Assembly (NCBI GenBank): GCA_013239625.1 | Contig: MU056000.1 | Location: forward strand, 14,660,851 to 14,724,850 | Origin: Lama guanicoe | Lineage: Eukaryota | Reading direction: 5' to 3' | Length of the DNA: 64,000 nt | In this document: in pieces, positions 52,675-64,000 of the stretch | How positions within the stretch are numbered: position 1 is the stretch's first letter | How the letters are laid out: each line of letters starts with the position of its first letter | Notes under the pieces: generated by a model | Told to the model about the DNA's origin: nothing | Databases searched by the model: none | Seen by the model: only the letters and a program-made list of their open reading frames with translations | Translations under genes and position numbers: made by a program

Positions 52675-53530
52675 AATTGACTCAGTTCAGCAAATATTTC
52701 TTGAGCAACTCTTTGTATTAGGCCTTGTACTCCCTGTAATAGAAAAGTAATTAAGTAAGGGAGAGAACAAGCGTTTTGTATTCTTGGTGTTTTCAGTGCA
52801 CTGTAGTAAAAGTACATTTTCTAGGAGTTTACAAGCTGCTGGGTAGATAAGGAATTCTCAGGTAAACAAAATACAAAGGAGAGTGATTAATACCTTCTTT
52901 ATCAGTCGCTCAAAGAGCAACAAGTACTCAAAAGCAAGATCATATTTCCTCTAGGGAAACAGAAAGACGCTATAAGAAGCATGGCATTTGCAATGATTCC
53001 TATAAAAGAGAATTAAAAAAAAATACTGGCAGAGGAAAAACACAACAGAGGGGAGAGGGATATCATAAGCAAACCTACAGGCTCAAAGGAAGCAGGAGAT
53101 GTGGGAAGGGTGCTGGAGGAAAAGCAAAGTCGGCTGGAACACAAGAGCCTGGGACGTATGACTGGGAAGAAGGGGAAAACGTGGAGGATTTGGAAGCTAG
53201 GCTGAGAGTAATTCAGTGATTGGGAGCTTTTCATTTTTTTTTTTTAAAAGAAAAGTGATAAAATCTGAACTGTGCTTTGAGACCCTCAATCTGAAGGTTG
53301 TAGGTTATCCTGGAATGAGACCTTGGGGATTGTGAGGAGTCAGTAGGGGGAACTCACCAAAGTCTCTATCAGGAAACGGAGGGAGAACCAGTGTGCTCAT
53401 GGTGGGAATGAGCAGAATGAACTAATACTGAGAAACATTCTAAAATAAAGTCTCCACGTGACTTTGTAACCTACTGAGGAGAAATGCAGCTTAGATGGAC
53501 TTCAGATATTCAAGATGGGTAATGAAAGAA
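52675..53530 (-). mobile_element. L2 fragment including its 3' end
   Basis: gttcagcaaatatttcttgagca; ctaggagtttaca; gtgataaaatctgaactgtgctttg. Confidence 0.6.
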
Positions 53531-53814
53531 AAGGTGACTTATACATGATACACTTATTTCTTCTCCATCTCGTTTTTTGTTTGGTTTTGTTATAGAATTC
53601 ATCCTTTCTTGATTATATATTAAAATTTTGTTTATGCATTTTGCTACAACAATTTAAGCTCCAGTGAAAAGAACTGAATTTTTCCAACACTTTTTCCCTC
53701 ACATTTTTTGGAATTGTGCCTGACATATTAGTTATTCAATGAATGACAATAAAATTATTTCTATTTGTGGAGTAATTGAGTAGTCAGTACATAACAAGTT
53801 CTCAGCTAAAAATT

Positions 53815-53960
53815 CTGCAAACATTATGTCATTTAACACTCTGTGAAATAGATGTTATCCTATTTTACATCTAAAGAAAGATAGGGTTGAAGGGGTGAAC
53901 TGCCTTGTCAGATGAAACACAATTCGTGTCTGTTGAATCTCAAAGCCCATATTCTTAAGT
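53815..53960 (-). mobile_element. MIR SINE
   Basis: tgtcatttaac...ttatcctattttacatctaaagaaa...tgaactgcctt...ctcaaagccca. Confidence 0.65.
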
Positions 53961-54049
53961 GTTGGGTTTTCAGAAACCAGCAGGTGGTATAATAGAAAAT
54001 AATAATCTAGATATTGATTTGTGGGTCTTAGAACAGGTAGAGGAGGCAA

Positions 54050-55960
54050 AAATAAATGAAATTAAAACTAGAGGGTTAAAAGGATGTATATGGAGGATAG
54101 GATTAAATTTGACATTTTCAACTTTAATAACCACTAAAACCACGTGCTGATGGTAAAGAAGCCCATCAGGAGGTACTGGGAGAAGGGCTAGGAGCAAGTG
54201 TGTGGAATGGGAGAGCTGCTGACGGAAATGACAGTGGGGCCTGTATCAGGCAGAAGGAGGTTGGCTGAGCTGCTCTGAGCACCCAGCTGGACCTACAAGC
54301 CATGCACTTCCAGTGGCACCAGTCTTGTAAGACTGGGAGGATTTTCTGAGCTGTGCTCCACAGCTTGAATTCTCAGAGGCTGCAAGGATGACTGAAAAGC
54401 AAAAGTTTGGTTTCTTTTATGAGAAATTTGGCTGAAATAGGAAAAGAAGTAAGAGAAGTGGGTAGGGAGGTGAGAGACAGTATATCTTGCAGAGTTAGAG
54501 CTGTTTAATACTTGATCGTAAAGAGTACTTTTCTGTACATTAAGTGAGGGACTGGTTGACAGAGACAACTTGAGACAACAAGGGAGAGAGAGCTGCTTAA
54601 CTTGTTAAGGGTACAAAGGAAATGGGAAACTGGAGCCAAAAGCTTTCGTGGGAGACAGTGCTGTCAAAAAGAAGGGGGTCATTTCTCAGACGTCAAGAGT
54701 AAAAGAGATATGCTTTATACCAAACATGATGCTGATTATTTACTCCAAAATAACACCAAACACCTTAATGTTCCAAATAAACTACTAGGAGTTGAGAATT
54801 TAAATATATCAGTAGGATTTCTTCTGTCTTCAAGTTGACGGATCTAATGAAAAAATACATATATAATTATACAAAATGTATATAATTGTAATTATTAATA
54901 TGACTAAATTTTACAATCATTATACACAGATCACTAAGAATCATGGTAATAGAAAAGTCTAACAATTATTTGAAGATGAGTATGTAGGCCTGGTGAATAG
55001 AATGAAAAATATGTCAGAAGATTTTAAAAGGGAGAAGAAAATGTTTAAATGGAAACTAAAAAGGGAGAGAATATTTCAGCTTAGTTTTGGGCTAACAGGC
55101 TTTTAAAATTAGAAGAAGGTGTACTAAAGTGGGCATAGAGGGATGGTTATAAAGGTGGGGAATGCTGATCAGCAATGATTGTGCATTCTATGTTAAGAAG
55201 AGATCAGAAGGAGAGAAAACAGTGAGGGCATGGTATAATTTATTTCTGATATTATGTATTTCCCTATAATTTTGTAAAAACATTGAAGAAATAAAATCAT
55301 GAAAATGGTACTATTATACTCTTATACAAAGAAAGTTTCTAGAATGCAGTACTTTTGGGAAGAACAATGTTTTAGAAATAATATCACTAACACTAATAAT
55401 AGTAATGCTTTAGAAAGAATATCCAGTGGCAACAAGAGATAAGGGAGGCTTTACAAAGGCACTAGCTGAGGGAATAGAGATGAGGGTAAAGGTTTGAGCA
55501 GTTTTTAGGCAATAAAATGTGCAGGGCTTGTGAATTACTGAATGTTCAATGAGTATGAGGACAGAATAATTATGGGTCTATTTTGATGCTGAGTGAAGAT
55601 AGGCGCAAAAAGGTATATTTTGGTTTTGGAAATGATGATGTTGACATTTATGATAGACGTACAGGTGTAGAGTCCAGCAAGGGAGTAGTAATTGGAGTTT
55701 TGGTACTTAGGACAGTTATTTGAACAGAAGATATAATCATTTATGGTGGTCAAGAGAATCAGGAAAAAACACGTGGAATAAAAAGATTAAAGGACCAAAG
55801 GCAGAAACAATGGAGAACCCTGATATTTAAATAGCAAGCCATAGAGAGAAGCCATTGAGTGACACTGAGGGAAATCCAGAAAACAGAGTTTTAAAGAACC
55901 CAAGATGAAAGTGTATCAGGCACTCACTGATGCTTTAAAAGGTGCCATTTCATGTTTGTG
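54050..55960 (-). mobile_element. Degenerate L2 fragments
   Basis: Purine-rich L2-type text, e.g. gagttttggtacttagg, taatcatttatggtggtcaagagaatcagg, aaggaccaaaggcagaaacaatggagaacc. Confidence 0.45.
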
Positions 55961-57139
55961 TTGTGGTTCATTAGGATCAATTACAATAATGGAGATGACC
56001 AGTGAAGGAAGCACACATGGAAGAATTAGCTCTTTGATTCTTTCCAGGTCTCAACGGTGGGTTATTTTCTCCCATGTATTTACTATTCTTTGGATAATTT
56101 TATGTTGAGTAACTTTATATGCAAAACTCAATGCTAGACACAATGGAGAATGCAAAGGTGAAATGAACAATGTCCTAGAACTTAAAGAGCAAATATTGTA
56201 ACTTGAAAATAAGATAAGCATTTCCCATATGAGGCAAAGAATTCTGTACAAATAGACAAGCTGCTTAAATAGTCAATCAGAATGTTGAAAAGGGTCAGTT
56301 TGCATTACTTACTGAATTACCATCTAATAATTAGAAATCACACCAAATGCAGAGAAATAGGAATTTGATCTCTTGAATTTGAATTTTTGATATTTTGAAA
56401 TTTTGACAAGCGCTTGTTTTACTACCTACCAGGTACTAGTATAATTAAAAGGGATTTGTTACAGGTGTTTATAATGTGTTTACATATTAATCATCAAACA
56501 TTATCAATACAACTATTTTATTTTTTTAAAAAGTTCTTCACTTTTGAAATGTGATTTGTGCATATCAAACATTGACCTTGGAGAAAGATTTTCTTCACTA
56601 GATGCTTTATCAGAAAATGCCTATACAATGAAAGACCACGTCGATAAATCTACTCCCTTTGTGATGACAAATCATCATTCTCACTTTCATATTAATATTT
56701 TTATTTTATTGAACTCTAGTAGCACATGGTATCTCCACCACCTGTACTGTTTTGTATTACTGTTACCTAGCCCTGTAAATTTACTTGTCCTCGTATGCAT
56801 TTTAGCTCTCTGAAGAGACTATAAGCAAATTTTAAGCAGAAATTATATTTCAAAATTTTCTCCTACAATAAGCATTTTTATTATTTGCACACAGAAAAAA
56901 ATTCAACCAGTGATTTTTTAATTGTTGAATTACTAAATTATTTTAATTATGAGATATTATATCAGTATTTGAAAGAATATCATTTCTTTAAGATATGAAT
57001 ACATAATAATTTTCAAGAAGAGAACTAATTTTTGAATGGATCCTATTTTAAAGGTGAGTTTTTCTGAGTATATCTTTAATGAGCTAGGGTTATCCAAGGA
57101 GAGATGATAGGCAAAAACTTTTAAGTGAGAAATGAGTGC

Positions 57140-57629
57140 TGTATGGGCAGGCCACTCAGAATGGCTGTTCTCTTGCTCTCTGTACGTCCCCTGCTCGACC
57201 TGTCCCTGCTTCACCTACAACTTAATCACATGACTGGCCTTCCTACATACGTGCTCCAGACCCCAGCTAATGATTGCTTCAGCTTTAGAACAGAACATCT
57301 CTATCATGATAGCTTATCAAAGGGGCGGTGAGGGGCATGCCCCTCTGCTGGTTTCCCTGGTAACCAATGAGCCAACCTGATGTCAATGTCAGTCCCCCCA
57401 TAACTGGCAAACTGGTAATACTGGTAATCCTCCCTCCCCCATCCCCCAGTGAAGACCAGAAGACTGGCTGCCATCAGTCACACAGGACATGGTGGGGTGT
57501 CACTCTAGGACCTTGCTTCAGACATGTGAGATCTCTCTGTTTATTAAACCACTGACGTCTCTGTTGCTGACTCCAGACCCTTTCTTCAGTCTAGAAGCTG
57601 GGACTTTTAATGAGTGATGCAGCCCAACA
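57140..57629 (+). mobile_element. Solo LTR, probably ERVL class
   Basis: tgtatggg...cccaaca termini; flanks agtgc (57135-57139) / agtgg (57630-57634); internal CCAAT and ATTAAA (~57543). Confidence 0.7.
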
Positions 57630-58149
57630 AGTGGAGATTTGAAGGGGTGGATGGGTGAGCAGTAGAGGAGAAAAAAGAGCTTGTGTGGAGCAACATGGCA
57701 TCAGAGAGCAGCTGGAAAAAGGAGCTGGGTTAAAACAATGAATAATGGCAGAGATGGCTGAAACAAAGTTTAAATTAATTACACAACTCCCCTCCAATAC
57801 AGCAAAATTCCAGAGGAATCTTTACAATACAAACATGTGTGGTACGCATAGTAATTGTGTCTTTGATTCAACTCTAGGTCAGCTTAGGGAAGATCTCAGG
57901 ATACATGGTGAAATAAAGATGAGATATTTAATGGAAATAGGTAATCAAAATAAAAGCTGTCCAAGAGAATTTAACTAGGCATTTACAAAACACTGGGCGG
58001 TCATTGAATTTTCCTGAGTTGTGGGATTGGCGATTCATGCCAGACTTATTTAAAACTCGAAGTGTCGACAACAACAGCTGAAATACAGTTTACCATGGAA
58101 GTCACACTTACCACTCTTTCCAAACTCCTTTTCCAGGTCTCTCTATATT

Positions 58150-58615
58150 ATAGAGTCTTGAAAGCTAAAAGCCTGCCTTTTTTAGGCTTGCTTTCACTTG
58201 AGTCATTGGTGTATGTCTTTGTATCTGCCAGTCAAGTGTGTCTTCATGAGACTTGAAGGTGGAAATGAGCAAAGTGAGATGGCTACTGACTACAGCTATC
58301 TGCTGGCAAACATGGCAGGGGATGTATCTCTTAGGAGGACAGCAGAAGTGGACACCATGGGTCTATTGCCTATGGTTTTAGGTGACAAGTACAGTGGTGT
58401 TTCCATTAGGATAATGCCTGTGTATGGTTGTTTATAAACTTTCCTCACTTTCCCTCCCTGGGTATGTAGTTTCTGAATCTTGTAGAAGCCCAGTCTTGTT
58501 CTCTCCTCTCCTAGTGAATATGGGACAAAACTAATATTTTTAATAAAGTCTGTATTGCTAGAATAGTTAGACTAGTTCAATTATTTGCAACTAAGAATCC
58601 TATAGGAATAAACAT
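58150..58615 (+). mobile_element. Old ERVL LTR (LTR16-like)
   Basis: 3' end taataaag...tgctagaatagttag...tttgcaactaagaatcct resembles the LTR16/old MLT1 terminus. Confidence 0.5.
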
Positions 58616-60311
58616 ACATAAAATAAACCATAAAAAACGCAATATAACTGTTTTCTGGTGTATTTTGAAATAGAAAGTAAGTATGGCATTCTGAATGCCA
58701 AAAATCCTGGCATAATACTAAAATGCCATTTATCTTCCCCACTCCCTGAGTAAGACCCAATTGAATAAGAAAAACATCCAAAGCTTCTGTAATGGGTTAC
58801 AGCATTTTTAGCCAAGTTTCAGAGACTTTCACTACATCAAAATTAAAAGGAAAAAAAAAAGTGAGTATCCCATTCCCAGGTATTCCCTTCTATAAGAAAC
58901 AGTTGGGAAAGTGAGAGAGAGCAAATGATTACAAAAGACCTGTTAAATGTTTCCATGTAGAGGACACAACAATTTCCCCAAAACATAATTTTTTAAGCTT
59001 TGAGTAGAAAAGGGATGAAAGTTGTCCATACAATCTCTTTGCACTAGGAATGTGTAAACTCTTGACTATTCTAGGTTCAAATGGAGAGCTGAAATGAAAC
59101 AGAATCAGATAGGGAATCTCCTGCAAAGTGGAAGAATATAAGCCAGGTGTTCCTTCCACATAATGGCCTGATCTCTGCTTAGAGCTTCTCTCTACATAGC
59201 TGGAGTCTGGGTATCAGATGGATGTGAACTGATACTGTGAGAAAAGGTACATACAACAGGGGGTGCTTATGGTGCTAAGAGACAGAGTGCAGTTAGACCA
59301 GATTATTCCAGAGAGGAGCATTATATAAAGGCTGCAGCTAGCACCAGCTTCAAACGCAGCTGAAGCATCTGGTTATTGGTTTGCACACATTTTATGGCGA
59401 GTTCTGTTATGTTACGCATCTTCAGTGGCATTGCTTCTTTTTCTGTGGTCTGTGCTTTTATCAAAATACTTCAACACAGACTGCTCTTTCTGCTCTGGCT
59501 TTTCTGACTCTCCGGAAGAAAGAAACATCTTGATGTTGAAACAGATTGATTTGTAGCATTGTACACGGGTAACAGCAACATCATGGGCTTCAGCGAGACT
59601 GTTAAATGTCTATGGGGATGCTTATTGACTCCGTGTCATTATATTAAAAAAGAGAGTATCATGTCGTTATCTTATAGAAAAGTGGATAATCTTTCCCCAA
59701 AAGAACATGTTTACTCAGATTCTTTTAGTTTAGTTTGCTTTCTAGAGAAGATTACAGTAATTATGCAGTGAAAAGGTTTTACTACCACGGGAAGTACCCT
59801 GCATTGAAATAAATAATGGTGCTGCCTACCTAATCTAATACATAGTTAAGAAGTTTCACAGAACTTGAATGGTTCTATTGCCATCATATTCATTTCATTA
59901 AGAGTATCTTTGGATACACCCTGAGAGTTGACTCTATGTTCCCATTTTCTCTTGAATTATACATGTGGAAGGAAGAAATCACAAGCTCTCAAGATGTGAA
60001 AAAGGGAAAAGGGAGACCAGAAGTTTAAAGTGGAGGTTGGGAGTTGAGAGTGAAAAGAAAGTAAGGAGAAAGATCGATACCATCACAAGAAAAGGGAACA
60101 TATCAGCGATATGAACAAAGCTCTCTGCCAAACTAGAAAGCAAGCAAGGAGCCCAGTGTGGATTTGGGTAAGAAATAGTCCAGGCTTGCCAGGGAAACTG
60201 CCTGAGGAGAGAGATGTACTGAGAGAACACGAAGGCAAATCTCGCATAGCCTCATAGCTAAGAGACAGATCAAGAAACATAAAATGCGTCGTCCCTATGA
60301 ATTACAATTAG

Positions 60312-60396
60312 ATATGTATGTATGTATCTACACATACTTGTTTGTATGTGTATATATATATGTATTTATACATAATATATATGTATACACACACAG
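60312..60396. repeat. (TA)/(TG)/(CA) compound simple repeat
   Basis: Seen directly. Confidence 0.85.
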
Positions 60397-61814
60397 AAAT
60401 GGAGTTAGTTATGATTTTAAGTAAGTGCTTCATTTACAGGGGATAAAAACAAGAATACAGTTACAATTAGAAATGTCACTGTCAACAGTTTTAAAGGTAC
60501 AGTTAGGTGTTTAAACCTGTGTTTGGCAGAAAGAGAGAACAGTGGATATATTCACCTGCCTGGAGCCAACACTTATACCGGGAAGATATTTTTAGGGAAC
60601 GATAGAAAGGGGCTAGTTCGTGAATTAATTCTAGAAGAGGTCAACGCTTTGTCTCACTTGGACTTAAGGTTTATGGGCTAAGACTATGCGTCATGCCAGA
60701 TGCTCATCCTACCAGAGACTCTGGGAAGATGAGTAACAAATGTAACAATTTTAAAATAAAGGAAGTAAGGGGAAAAAAAGTTGAGTCTGAGGAATGAAAC
60801 AAAACAACCAACCAACCAACAAATAGAAGAAACCACATGAGGCAATGGGGTTGGGATTACTAGGGCATTTTTGGTGCACAGAAGGCTTTGTCTGTCCACA
60901 AGTTACAACTGCATTTTTTAACTGAGAAGAATAATGGAAATTGAGAGAGATATAAAATTGCTCACTAGAAATTTGAGCCTTAATTGTCAAAACATTTTGT
61001 TTGCATAACTCTTTGGGAAAGGGAGGGAGGAGTTACAGCTGAAGAATAAAATTGTATCTTTAATTACGGGTGTTTTTCACAGCAGTCTCTCTTTTTTCAA
61101 TTATTTTACCTCTACAGACCTGTAATAATTCAAAACATATTCCTACCTGAGTCTGGAATATAGTTAAGATTTTTGCACTCATTTTAGTTAAGACATTTAT
61201 TAAGTAAGTGCAATATTAATATTAAAATATTTATTGAAAATAAGCATTATTTTATATTACATAAAAAGAAATCAAGGATTGTGTCAAAAAAAAAGTTTCA
61301 GTCACAGATGTCTTTAAGTCTGTTGTCAGAAATCTAGGCTTCTAGGGTGTAAGAGGCTAGAGTATTTAAATTTATCGCCATTGTTACCTCTGGCATATTG
61401 TAATGACTCCATCCTTTTCGTAATTATGTAAGTCATTTTCATTCTACTGTCCTGTTTCAGTTAAAAAGGTATCACTCCACAGAGTGCCTTTTCTGTGAGT
61501 GCCCACCCTCCAGACCAAAGTTAGTTCCTGATTTCAACATTGGACATTCCATATTTGTGATATTATCTTTAATTTTATATAAAATTACTGGTAGGAGAAG
61601 CAGAGGAAACTACTGTGACCCAATTCTAAGTTGTTCCTAAAAATTAGAAATTATCTTGTCAAATTATGAGTCCTTGCTCTATTCTTCTTGATAGAAAATG
61701 TTACAGAAAATAGCAGAAATCATTTAGTTCTACTTTTCCTACATCCACTTTTAAGAGATGACACTGAGAACTCAGGAGGCAATGAGGGAGCCTGAGGTGG
61801 CTGTGAGCTCTCAC

Positions 61815-62018
61815 TGGAGATTGTATTTGAGGCGACGGCTTGGGCCATTTCAGAGAGTTACTCAGTTTTCCTGGGTCTCTCTCCTGAAGACGAGGTATTC
61901 ATGTTAAAAGGAAAAAAAAAAAAAGTCTGCTTTTCTCCTATTAATCTGCCTTTTTTTACAGGGAGGTCTCAGCTAAGAACCTAGGAGAGTAGAGGGAAAA
62001 TTATTTTTTTCCCTTACA
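61815..62018 (+). mobile_element. ERV1 LTR 3' part (MER34/MER39-like)
   Basis: ttttctcctattaatctg...gtctcagctaagaacctaggagagtagagggaaaatt...cccttaca. Confidence 0.7.
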
Positions 62019-62059
62019 TTAGTTATGTCTTTTGTTCTGTATTTTTTTAAAGGTATCCA

Positions 62060-63120
62060 AATCGAATGAGTGGCATTGGTTCAAGGATAGATCAACAACA
62101 GAATGGAGAAATGATTCTCTAGGGAAAGAATAGTCTTTACAATAAATATTGCTAGGTCAATATTGGGAAACCCATATAAAAATGACACAGCACAGAACAA
62201 TTCAGTTATGATGAATTATAAATATAGATGTTAAAGTTAAAATAATGGTTTCATATTAAAACATGCAAGAGTATTTTCATAATTTTGGGATATGCAAAGA
62301 ATTCTAAAAATTTTACAACAACAAAAGAACTAATAAAACTTTAAAAAATTATGAATTGGACTTCATTAAAATTAAGAATTCCTCATCAAGTGATGATATT
62401 AAGAATGTTAAAAGGAAAGCCACAGATTGAAAAACAAAGTCAAAACCCAGTAAGATACTAGTACACTTCACCAGAATGTCTATAGTTTAAAGTCTGACAA
62501 CACTCAATGTTAGCCAGAATATTAAACAAACAGAATTTGTTACATGGCTTTGGAATGTAAATTGGCACAGGCATTTTGGAAAACATTTTGTCAGTGTCTT
62601 CTAAAGTTAAGCATATTTATACTCTAGCAACCAGAAATTCTTCAAGCAAAAAGAGATGAGTGTTGATGTCTACCAAAATGTGCAGAAATGTTCATAGCAG
62701 CATTATGTGTAAGGGCCAAAACTGGAAATAACTCAAAATGTCCATCAGCAAGTGAATGTATTGTGACAAATCTGTACAGTGGAATATGGTATAGCAATAA
62801 AAAAGACAAACCACAACTACCCTTAACAACATAAATCACATAGGTAGAATGCTGAACAAATAAGCCATTTACAAAAGATTAGAGGACTAATCTATGCTAG
62901 GAATCAGACTAGTGGTTATATTTGGACTGATATGGACTCCAGAGAGTCATAAAAGAGTCTTCTGAGATACTTGAAATGATTTATATCTTCTCCTGAGGGA
63001 AGAATATAAGGGGATACACATAGGTAAAATTCCAAGAAGCTATATAGAGGATATACAGGATTAAAGTTAGCCATTTACTTTTGTAACATACATCTCAATT
63101 GAAAAAAAAAATTAAAAAAC
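62060..63120 (+). mobile_element. Ancient LINE-1 (L1MD/ME-like) 3' region with A-rich tail
   Basis: aattggacttcattaaaattaaga; aatgttcatagcagcatt; aaatgtccatcagca; tail catctcaattgaaaaaaaaa. Confidence 0.8.
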
Positions 63121-63531
63121 ATGGAAAAACAAGAAACACATTTTGTTTTGTAGAGATTTTCTTAGAACTGTAATTACTTAATAAATTGAGAAATGATAGC
63201 TCTCTGATTTGTTCAAAGCTTTACCAAGTATTATTTACCACCATGATGTTTGAGATTCCAGTACAACATATTTGGATCAGCTTTTTACTATCACAATCCT
63301 AGTGATTTTTCACTGGGTGCGGGAATATCCCTCCTTTATTGTATTTTATATGTCTGTTGTTGTCTACAGTGAGAAATGAAATGTTTTATACATTAAATAC
63401 ATTATTTTGTTATTACTTATTTTCCTTATATTTCTCTTTTATAGTTCATGCATCATGTTAATTTTTGAAATTGGGCACAGATAAGTTATACTATCTATAA
63501 ATGTGATATTAGGATAGTTAAGGGGGCTTTT

Positions 63532-63750
63532 ACTTTTTTTAAATTGAAGTACAGTCAGTTACAATGTATCAATTTGTGGTGCACAGCACAATGTTCCAGT
63601 CATGTATATACATACATATATTCACTTCTGTATTCTTTTTCATTAAAGGTTATTACAAGATATTGAATATGGTTCCCTGTGTTATACAGAAGAAACTTTT
63701 TTTTAATCTATTTTCATATATAGTGGCTAACATTTGCAAATCTCAAAATC
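63532..63750 (-). mobile_element. Short LINE-1 3' UTR insertion with ~14-bp TSD
   Basis: Reverse complement of the same type of 3' UTR as at 6120-6330; TSD ttaagggggctttt (63518-63531) / ttgagggggctttt (63751-63764). Confidence 0.9.
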
Positions 63751-64000
63751 TTGAGGGGGCTTTTTCAATGTTTTCTACAAGAAAAGGTAGTAGTGTAGGG
63801 TAGAATAGGGATGACAGCCCACTGAGGAGTCCCTGGATAGAGTAGATAATAAATGTCCAGTATAAACATAAATTTATATATATACATTAATTTTATATAT
63901 AATATATATATTTATATATATAATCAATTGCTCAATCCCAGGTAATTCAAATAATCACAGATGTTACTGAGTGCTTTGAAATAAACTGGTCAGTATCAGA

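Overview
AT-rich, CpG-depleted, repeat-rich placental-mammal genomic DNA with no recognisable protein-coding exon, RNA gene or CRISPR array. The ORFs in the track are chance frames or fall in LINE/LTR debris. The L1 3' UTRs and the lack of visible Alu, Bov-tA, PRE-1 or Can-SINE elements suggest a cetartiodactyl, possibly camelid, source (inference from memory, no database search). The window holds many 5'-truncated L1s (four with readable target-site duplications), solo ERV1/ERVL/MaLR LTRs, and old L2, MIR, CR1 and MER5 fragments. Two structures stand out. (1) A nested tandem duplication at 10570-15288: a ~200-bp duplication overlapping a ~2.19-kb near-identical duplication with a complex junction. 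(2) A small CpG-rich promoter/first-exon candidate at ~50660-51075 on the minus strand, followed within 500 bp by an unusually tight cluster of splice signals that could define 6-nt and 12-nt microexons. If that promoter is real, bases 1-50190 are probably part of a long first intron of a gene I cannot name. I found no evidence for a novel multi-gene system. Repeat subfamily names and many repeat boundaries were judged by eye and are approximate.
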